In this document: positions 57,523 through 64,000 of the stretch, piece after piece
Layout: each line of letters starts with the position of its first letter
How positions within the stretch are numbered: position 1 is the stretch's first letter
Notes under the pieces: generated by a model
The model's input: only the letters and a program-made list of their open reading frames with translations
Told to the model about the DNA's origin: nothing
Databases searched by the model: none
Position numbers and translations under genes: made by a program
From: Candidatus Norongarragalina meridionalis
Lineage (GTDB): Archaea > Micrarchaeota > Micrarchaeia > Norongarragalinales > Norongarragalinaceae
Reading direction: 5' to 3'
DNA length: 64,000 nt
NCBI GenBank assembly: GCA_902384935.1
Contig: CABMDO010000009.1
Location: 3,152-67,151, forward strand

Positions 57523-57533
57523 ATAAATCAGCC

Positions 57534-57818
57534 TCAGAATCCAGTTCCGGAAGAGGTGTCGCCGAGGTTTCTCCTGTCGACGACCATCACGTCCTTGATG
57601 TCGAGCACCGCCGCGTAGGGCACGGTTATCAGTCCGCTGCCCTCCTTCTTCGCGCGGTTCGCGTAAGTGGAATCGGGGTTCGGCTCTACCAGCACGGACT
57701 CGAGCTTGCCCGTGTGAGCGTTCATGTACAAATCGATCACACGCCCGAGCTCTTCGCCGTCGGTGGTGATAATCCTCTTTCCCGCGAGTTGTTTCGCGAT
57801 AGCGTATTTAACCATCAC
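57534..57818 (-). CDS. PRC-barrel domain protein (CdpB-like)
   Basis: L.GK.IITTDGEELGRVIDL.....TGKL...VPY.AV..IKDVMVV. Confidence 0.88.
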   Translation of the reverse strand: MMVKYAIAKQLAGKRIITTDGEELGRVIDLYMNAHTGKLESVLVEPNPDSTYANRAKKEGSGLITVPYAAVLDIKDVMVVDRRNLGDTSSGTGF

Positions 57819-57867
57819 TTTTCACCTTCCGAATTAATTTTCGAATTTCTAACCGCCCTATTGCTTA

Positions 57868-57903
57868 AATACCTTTTGCCGAGGGCGTAATACCTTTTGC
57901 CGA
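57868..57903. repeat. 15-bp direct repeat with 21-bp period in a divergent promoter region
   Basis: aataccttttgccga at 57868-57882 and 57889-57903. Confidence 0.8.
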
Positions 57904-57947
57904 CGGTGTATTTAAATAGATTGCGTTATTCTTTTCGGGGTGTAGGC

Positions 57948-58211
57948 ATGAAAGTCAAGGACGAAGTTCTTAAAACAATAGACGCGCTCAAGAAGGCGGG
58001 TTTCACTCCCGTAGACGCGGTTTTCGAAGGCGCCGTCGGAGTCAAGGAGGACACTACGCTCGCATTCGTGGACAAGCTCAACGACAACCAGCTCGTTTCG
58101 GGAGTGGTGAGGATAATCTACACTACGCCCGACGAGGACGTGCGTTTCGTCGAGATTCCGATAGGACAGGCTCCGGGCGGCGCCGAAGAGCCCGCGCCGA
58201 AAAAGAAATAA
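57948..58211 (+). CDS. Hypothetical protein (87 aa)
   Basis: TATA tttaaata and GGGGTG ribosome-binding site upstream, T-rich stretch downstream. Confidence 0.7.
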   Translation: MKVKDEVLKTIDALKKAGFTPVDAVFEGAVGVKEDTTLAFVDKLNDNQLVSGVVRIIYTTPDEDVRFVEIPIGQAPGGAEEPAPKKK

Positions 58212-58256
58212 AGGCGTTTTCCGCTTTTTCTCTCTTAATAGCGAGGTGGGGATGTA

Positions 58257-60227
58257 GTGTTCACTGCTGCAGTAATGTTCGGATTGGGAGTAGGCGCGTT
58301 CGTGCTGCTCGTCGCGGCGTATCTCGCGTGGAGCGTTCTGAAGCTCGACGCGGGCAACGACAGGATGAAGGCGGTTGCCGCGGCCATACAGGAAGGTGCG
58401 TCGGCGTATCTCGGAAGGCAGTATAAGACGCTCGCCCCGTTCGTCGTAGTTTTGCTTCTCATCATCGGCTATTTCGTCGGCTGGCTTACCGCCGTTGCGT
58501 TCCTGGGCGGAGTCCTCTGCTCCGCTGCCGCGGGATACGTCGGCATGACGGTTTCCGTGCGCGCCAACGTGCGCGCGGCGCATGCTGCTCGCAGCGGGCT
58601 CAAGGACGCCCTTTCCGTAGCGGTGCGCGGCGGCGCGGTTACGGGAATGACGCTCGTCGGACTCGGATTGCTCGGCGTATGCGCGGTCTACGGCACGTTC
58701 GGCGACCTTAACGCCCTCATTGGCTTCGGATTCGGCGCGTCGCTCATCTCCCTGTTCGCGCGAGTGGGAGGAGGCATCTACACGAAGGCTGCCGACGTCG
58801 GCGCGGACCTCGTCGGCAAGATCGAGAAGGGCATACCCGAAGACGACCCCCGCAACCCCGCGGTTATCGCGGACAACGTCGGCGACAATGTCGGGGATTG
58901 CGCGGGCATGGCTGCCGACTTGTTCGAGTCGTACGCCGTGACCATAATCGCGGCGATGCTCCTCGGCATGGCGCTCGGGCCCACTTACGTCGAACTCCCG
59001 CTCATAATCGCAAGCGTCGGCGCGCTCGCAGGCGCCGCGGGAGTTTTCTTCATAAGGCTCGGTTCCTCGAAAAACATAATGCACGCGCTGTACAAGGGCG
59101 TGATAGCGGCGGCGGCCATTGCACTCGTGGGCTTCTACGCGTGGTTCGGAACCGACATGAACCTGATGCTCGCGGCGGCAATCGGCATCGTCGTCACGGG
59201 GCTCATCTTCCTCATCACGGAATACTACACCTCGAAGGATTACGCGCCCGTAAGGAGCGTCGCGGAAGCCGCCAGAACCGGAGCGGGAACCAACCTCATC
59301 TCGGGGCTCGCGGTGGGGCTTGAAAGCACGGCGCTGCCCGTGCTTCTGATAGTCGCGGCAATAGCGGCGTCCTACACGCTCGCAGGCGTCTACGGCATTG
59401 CTATTGCAGCAGCTGCGATGCTTTCGCTCACTGGCGTCATAATCACGCTCGACGCCTATGGTCCGATTACCGACAACGCAGGCGGAATCGCGGAGATGAG
59501 CGGCCTGCCTCCCTCGGTGCGCAAGGTAACCGATGCGCTTGACGCTGTCGGAAACACCACGAAAGCGACTACGAAGGGATTCGCAATCGCTGGCGCCGCG
59601 CTCGGCGCGCTCGCTCTGTTCGCAGCGTTCGCTGAGGCAACGCAGCTCACTTCCGTCAACGTTCTTAACGCGGGCGTAGTCGTGGGATTGTTCCTCGGAG
59701 GATTGCTGCCGTTCCTGTTCGCCTCCTTCCTGATGAAGGCGGTTGGAAAGGCGGCTTTTGAAATCGTCGAGGAAGTCCGCCGCCAGTTCCGCGAAATCAA
59801 GGGGCTGATGTCGGGCAAGGGCAAGCCGGATTACGCGCGCTGCGTGGACATAAGCGCCAGCGCGGCGTTGCGCGAACTCATGGTTCCGGGATTCATCGCC
59901 GTTGCGTCGCCGCTCGTCGTGGGATTCCTCTTTGGCGCAGAAGCGCTCGGCGGATTGCTCGCAGGCGTAATCGTCTCGGGCTTCCTGCTCGCGCTGTTCA
60001 TGGCGAACTCAGGCGCGGCGTGGGATAATGCGAAGAAATACATAGAGGACGGCAAGTTCGGCGGAAAGGGAAGCGACGCCCACAAAGCAGCAGTGGTGGG
60101 AGACACAGTCGGCGACCCCTTCAAGGACACCGCGGGGCCGTCGCTTAACGCGCTGATAAAAGTGGTAAACACCGTTTCGCTGGTGTTCGCAGCGGCAATC
60201 GCAGCCAACGCGCTGAACCTGATATGA
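58257..60227 (+). CDS. hppA: Membrane-bound pyrophosphatase, K+-independent H+-pumping type
   Basis: GGGIYTKAADVGADLVGK.E..IPEDDPRNP, DAYGPITDNAGG, GNTTKA (Lys determinant), GDTVGDPFKDT. Confidence 0.96.
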   Translation: MFTAAVMFGLGVGAFVLLVAAYLAWSVLKLDAGNDRMKAVAAAIQEGASAYLGRQYKTLAPFVVVLLLIIGYFVGWLTAVAFLGGVLCSAAAGYVGMTVSVRANVRAAHAARSGLKDALSVAVRGGAVTGMTLVGLGLLGVCAVYGTFGDLNALIGFGFGASLISLFARVGGGIYTKAADVGADLVGKIEKGIPEDDPRNPAVIADNVGDNVGDCAGMAADLFESYAVTIIAAMLLGMALGPTYVELPLIIASVGALAGAAGVFFIRLGSSKNIMHALYKGVIAAAAIALVGFYAWFGTDMNLMLAAAIGIVVTGLIFLITEYYTSKDYAPVRSVAEAARTGAGTNLISGLAVGLESTALPVLLIVAAIAASYTLAGVYGIAIAAAAMLSLTGVIITLDAYGPITDNAGGIAEMSGLPPSVRKVTDALDAVGNTTKATTKGFAIAGAALGALALFAAFAEATQLTSVNVLNAGVVVGLFLGGLLPFLFASFLMKAVGKAAFEIVEEVRRQFREIKGLMSGKGKPDYARCVDISASAALRELMVPGFIAVASPLVVGFLFGAEALGGLLAGVIVSGFLLALFMANSGAAWDNAKKYIEDGKFGGKGSDAHKAAVVGDTVGDPFKDTAGPSLNALIKVVNTVSLVFAAAIAANALNLI

Positions 60228-61135
60228 TGATTGCGGCGGACGATGCGACTCGCCTGCGTAAGGCTGGCTACGTAATAGTCGGCAGCCACAGCGCGGCGAA
60301 GGTATGCCTCTGGACTAAGCGCGCTCTTCTCGACAGGGGATTCTGCTACAAGCAGAAATTCTACGGCATCTCCTCGCACCGCTGCCTGCAGATGACGCCG
60401 ACGCTGCCGTTCTGCACGCAAAGATGTGTATTCTGCTGGAGATCCACAAAACTATTCTCGACTAAATGGGAAGGCGCGGTTGACGAACCCGACGAAATAA
60501 TCGACGGTTGCATTGATGCGCAGCGCCTTCTTCTCAACGGATTCAAAGGCCATCCCGACATCAATATCGCCAAGTTCAGAGAAGCGCAGAATCCGAACCA
60601 GGCAGCGATTTCCTTGGATGGCGAACCCACGCTTTACCCGAAAATAGGGGAAATGATAACGGAATTCAAAAGGCGCGGCTTCACCACATTCCTCGTAACA
60701 AACGGCACCCGCCCAAAAACGCTGGCATCGTTGCCAACCCTTCCCACCAATCTCTACGTCTCGTCCTGCGCCCCCGACGAAGCCGCCTACAAGAAAACGT
60801 GCGCGCCCACGATAAAGGACGGATGGAAACGCCTGAACGAAACACTCGAGTTGTTTCCGTCGCTCAAAACCCGCAAAGTGATGCGCCTGACCCTGGTCAA
60901 GGGGCTGAACCTCAAGGATGCGAACGGCTACGCCAAACTCGTCGCGAAGGCGGAGCCCGACTTCGTCGAGGCGAAGGCGTACATGGCGCTCGGCGCGTCG
61001 CGCCTGCGGCTCGGGCCCGACTACATGCCGACGCACGAGGAGATACGCGCTTTTGCGAAGGAGCTGGCGGACGCCTCGGGCTATAAATACAAAGACGAAC
61101 AAACCGAATCGAGGGTGGTTTTGCTGTGCAAGTGA
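60224..61135 (+). CDS. taw1: 4-demethylwyosine synthase TYW1 (radical SAM)
   Basis: HSAAKVCLWTK, CYKQKFYGI.SHRCLQMTP, CTQRCVFC, ISLDGEPTLY. Confidence 0.95.
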   Translation: MMIAADDATRLRKAGYVIVGSHSAAKVCLWTKRALLDRGFCYKQKFYGISSHRCLQMTPTLPFCTQRCVFCWRSTKLFSTKWEGAVDEPDEIIDGCIDAQRLLLNGFKGHPDINIAKFREAQNPNQAAISLDGEPTLYPKIGEMITEFKRRGFTTFLVTNGTRPKTLASLPTLPTNLYVSSCAPDEAAYKKTCAPTIKDGWKRLNETLELFPSLKTRKVMRLTLVKGLNLKDANGYAKLVAKAEPDFVEAKAYMALGASRLRLGPDYMPTHEEIRAFAKELADASGYKYKDEQTESRVVLLCK

Positions 61136-61506
61136 TGCTGGTTCGCCTTTCGGACGGGACTCCCTTTAAATGCGCGCTCGAATCCTGGCTGGAAAAACAC
61201 GGAATCGCGAGCGCCGTCATCGTAAACGGAATAGGGATGATGTCCGACGTTCAACTGCAATACTACGAGAAAGGAAAATACAAAACTCGCGTTTTCAAGA
61301 AGCCTATGGAGCTCCTGTCGCTCCAGGGCAACATCTCCCTGAAAGACGGGAAGCCGTTCATCCACGTGCACGCTACGCTCGCGGATGAAAAAGGAAAGGC
61401 GTTCGGCGGGCATCTCAAGGACGCGACGGCGCGCGTGACGAATGAAATCTTCCTGCTTACGCTCGACGAGCAGATGAAGCGCGGCGCCGACAACAAGCTC
61501 CTATAA
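61126..61506 (+). CDS. PPC/DUF296 domain protein
   Basis: ELLSLQGNI, PFIHVHATLAD, FGGHL. Confidence 0.92.
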   Translation: MQVMLVRLSDGTPFKCALESWLEKHGIASAVIVNGIGMMSDVQLQYYEKGKYKTRVFKKPMELLSLQGNISLKDGKPFIHVHATLADEKGKAFGGHLKDATARVTNEIFLLTLDEQMKRGADNKLL

Positions 61507-61539
61507 ACGCTTATATTTCGGAAGAATCGCGATACTCTC

Positions 61540-62460
61540 ATGAGGCTCTTCGGCCGCAGGAAAGCTCCTACTACACTGCAATTGCACGCGCAGGCGTGGG
61601 ATGCGCTGCACCCGGAATACGCGAAATGGCGCAGGGCGCACGGATGGCCCAACGACGCGTACGAGCGCATCGGAATCAACCGCGAGGTTCTGCAGGCGAT
61701 ACGTACCTTCAAGCCCGAACTGAATTCCGAGGAAAGGAAGAAGCTCGCGCGCGACGTCATACGCCGCTCTTATTTCAGCGGAAAAGGGCGGTGGAAACTA
61801 GCTGCGGCACTCGGCACTCCGTTATTAGCCTACGCGACAACCAATCCTACGCCGGAAGGCATGGCTCATGAGATATTGTGGTATCCCGCTGCGGTCGTAT
61901 TTTTAAGAGCGCTGCTTATCGGATCGGGTGGCAGGGTCGTGCCCTTGCCGCGCAAATTTATGTTTGCGACGCCCACGAGGAAGGAGGGACACCGCGGCAT
62001 AATAATTCACGAAGCGTCGCACATGTTAACTGACAGAACAAACGCATTGACTCCGCTCGCAAGCGCAACGATGCGCCTCGAGGAACTGAGAAGATCTGAG
62101 AAACGGTATCGAACCCCTGCATTTGTTGTTAAAAAAGCCGAAAAACTTGACGTTTCAAAAATAAATTCGGGATTGGTGAACAAACGCTGGCCTTTTGCCG
62201 AGTGGTTTGGAGATTTACTCAGACCTAGCAAAACGCCATATGTAGTCGGCACTGCGATTGGAAACTACGCCTATGCGCTGGGGCAAAAGCTCGGCAACCA
62301 GCGCGCCGCCGACATGTTCATCTACGCGCTGAGCAGGGGGCACACGGTTTACGGGGCGAAAAGGTTCGCGGTTGCCTACAAGCGCGCCGCCGCGAGGCTT
62401 GGGCACGAGGAAACGTTCAAGCTCGCACTGCAAAGGTTCGGCGCTAAGGAAGGGTACTAA
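61540..62460 (+). CDS. Hypothetical protein with an HExxH zincin-like motif
   Basis: IIIHEASH, two hydrophobic segments, very basic. Confidence 0.55.
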   Translation: MRLFGRRKAPTTLQLHAQAWDALHPEYAKWRRAHGWPNDAYERIGINREVLQAIRTFKPELNSEERKKLARDVIRRSYFSGKGRWKLAAALGTPLLAYATTNPTPEGMAHEILWYPAAVVFLRALLIGSGGRVVPLPRKFMFATPTRKEGHRGIIIHEASHMLTDRTNALTPLASATMRLEELRRSEKRYRTPAFVVKKAEKLDVSKINSGLVNKRWPFAEWFGDLLRPSKTPYVVGTAIGNYAYALGQKLGNQRAADMFIYALSRGHTVYGAKRFAVAYKRAAARLGHEETFKLALQRFGAKEGY

Positions 62461-63248
62461 ACGCCGCACGCTATGCGCAACAAATCCCTCAGACCAGGCG
62501 CGAGCCCGAATATCATGATGAGCAGCATTATGTAGTTGCGCTCCTCCTCCTTTTCGTTGCGCAGGAGTTCCACGACCGCGAATCCGAACGCCGCCTTCAC
62601 GAGGAAGAAGAAAATCGGCGACATGCCCATGATTAATCCGCCGACCAGATGCTGCTCGAAATAGTTGCCGAACTGGATGCCGAGGAACGAAGCGGCGCCA
62701 TCCAGCGACTGTGAGAACACCACCAGCTTTTCAGGGATCGTTGGGCGCAACCCGCGGTACCACCAGAGCCATATGAACAGCGCGAGCGCCGCAGCCGCGA
62801 GCACGACGATGCCGAAGGCGAGCGCGGGTTGTTTTACCTGCGTCAGGAGCGGCAGCACGGTTATTGCGGCGAGAAGAATGCCCGCGTTGCGGGTCGACTC
62901 GAGGTTCCGCGTGAGCAGGTACGCCACGACGAGCACGAGGAACACGAGGACGTAGATTTCGGGCGTCACGAACGGGTAAAGCGTGATTCCGCCGATTTCG
63001 AAGACGCGCGGCAGCCAGCCCGCGTCCTGCCAAACCCGAAGAGCGCTCCCGAAGAAGATGAACGGGATAATCGCGTAGAAAAGCCGCGCGTCAATTCTCA
63101 CGCGGAGCTTCTTTATGAAATAGTACAGCAGGAACGCCGCCGCAAGCGCGAGCGCGGCGAACACCGCGGTGTTGACGATGTTGTACGGCGCGTATGCGTT
63201 AGGTTGCGCCAGCGGGTTGATGAAGTACTCCTGTATCCAGTCCGCCAT
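62457..63248 (-). CDS. DUF63 family membrane protein
   Basis: YNIVNT, PFIFFGS.LRV..D, VTP.IY, LDG.A...G....Y.EQH, GLAPGLRD. Confidence 0.9.
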   Translation of the reverse strand: MADWIQEYFINPLAQPNAYAPYNIVNTAVFAALALAAAFLLYYFIKKLRVRIDARLFYAIIPFIFFGSALRVWQDAGWLPRVFEIGGITLYPFVTPEIYVLVFLVLVVAYLLTRNLESTRNAGILLAAITVLPLLTQVKQPALAFGIVVLAAAALALFIWLWWYRGLRPTIPEKLVVFSQSLDGAASFLGIQFGNYFEQHLVGGLIMGMSPIFFFLVKAAFGFAVVELLRNEKEEERNYIMLLIMIFGLAPGLRDLLRIACGV

Positions 63249-63279
63249 AATAAAAAAAGGGCATGCTCTAATAAAACGC

Positions 63280-64000
63280 ATGCTTGGGATCGGAGTAGAA
63301 AAGAAGAACGCGGAGAGAGCGAAAGCGATACTGCGCGAGAACGGCGCCCTGCTCAGCGGGTATGGCGCGAAGAGTGATGAGAAGCGCGTCTATTTTCCCG
63401 TCTCAAAGCGCATTGAGCTTCCGTTCCCCCATTCCTATTCCCAAAAGATATTTCCAAAAAAACAGCATGGCGCGCGTTCGCTCAGGGAACAGGGACTCTC
63501 GTCATTCGACATCGTGGGCGATATCGCCGTTCTGGAGGACCGCGGGAAGGGTGACGTGAAAAAAGCCGCATCCATTCTTTTGAAAACCAATCCCCGAATC
63601 AAAACAGTTCTGCTGAAGACGGGAGGACGAACTGGGGAATTCCGCATCCAGCAGGTGAAATGGCTGGCGGGAAAGAAAAGGACGAAAACCGTCCATAAAG
63701 AAAGCGGCTGCGTTTTCGAAGTGGATTTGGCGCGCGCCTACTTCTCGCCCCGCCTTTCCACCGAGCGCCTGCGCGTCCTTGCGAAAGTGAAGGATGGGGA
63801 AACCGTCCTTGTTCCATTTGCGGGCGTTGGCCCTTACGCGATAATCATCGCGAAAAACAGGAAGTGCCGCGTCGTTGCAATCGAGAAGAACAAGGATGCG
63901 GTGGCGTCCATGAGAAAGAATGTTGCCGCGAATCGCGTTGCCGTGGAGGTCGTGCAGGGCGACGCCAACGCTATTCTCCCGCGCTACAAGGCGGACAGAA
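63280..64000 (+). CDS. trm5: Trm5/Taw2-family tRNA methyltransferase (3' truncated by the window)
   Basis: The frame from the ATG at 63280 is open to the window end. SFDIVGDIAV, GEFRI, HKESGC.F.VDL..AYFSPRLSTER, FAGVGPY. Confidence 0.9.
   Translation, partial: MLGIGVEKKNAERAKAILRENGALLSGYGAKSDEKRVYFPVSKRIELPFPHSYSQKIFPKKQHGARSLREQGLSSFDIVGDIAVLEDRGKGDVKKAASILLKTNPRIKTVLLKTGGRTGEFRIQQVKWLAGKKRTKTVHKESGCVFEVDLARAYFSPRLSTERLRVLAKVKDGETVLVPFAGVGPYAIIIAKNRKCRVVAIEKNKDAVASMRKNVAANRVAVEVVQGDANAILPRYKADR

Noticed and set aside
1-64000. Genome-wide TAG recoding (pyrrolysine or Gln), suggested by the cdc6 amber codon and the TAG-ATG junction at 22436-22441
   Set aside because: Many conserved genes end in TAG at their expected C-termini (dys, endoQ, sepF, htpX, GGR, ABC permease, DUF63), and read-through would create long overlaps, for example at 45791. 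No pyl genes are in the window.

Overview
This is a GC-rich archaeal chromosomal segment. The gene content (DP2 polymerase, two Cdc6/Orc1, L35Ae, Rpo6, SepF, Tyw1/Trm5, DGGGP synthase, geranylgeranyl reductases, compact operons, many orphans) suggests a DPANN archaeon, most likely Ca. Micrarchaeota; that assignment is inference. Most of the window is housekeeping genes and there is one tRNA-Glu(TTC). Accessory or unusual parts: (i) an AT-rich defence island at ~9.2-16.3 kb with vsr, an HpaII-like m5C methyltransferase, a putative endonuclease, an SPPY amino-methyltransferase, and a convergent SIR2-like + DUF262 gene pair; (ii) a 49-aa SWIB-like mini-gene with a structured leader; (iii) a toxin-antitoxin-like pair between two paralogous orphans; (iv) a run of 11 co-oriented small membrane-protein genes at 19.6-23.6 kb with internal paralogy and a shared operator-like motif, near a degenerate HerA-like ATPase; (v) a Whirly-like ssDNA-binding protein; (vi) a 1497-aa secreted Cys-rich protein; (vii) a form IV (Photo-like) RuBisCO-like protein; (viii) an in-frame TAG within the first cdc6. 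All calls come from motif recognition by eye; no database searches were run.
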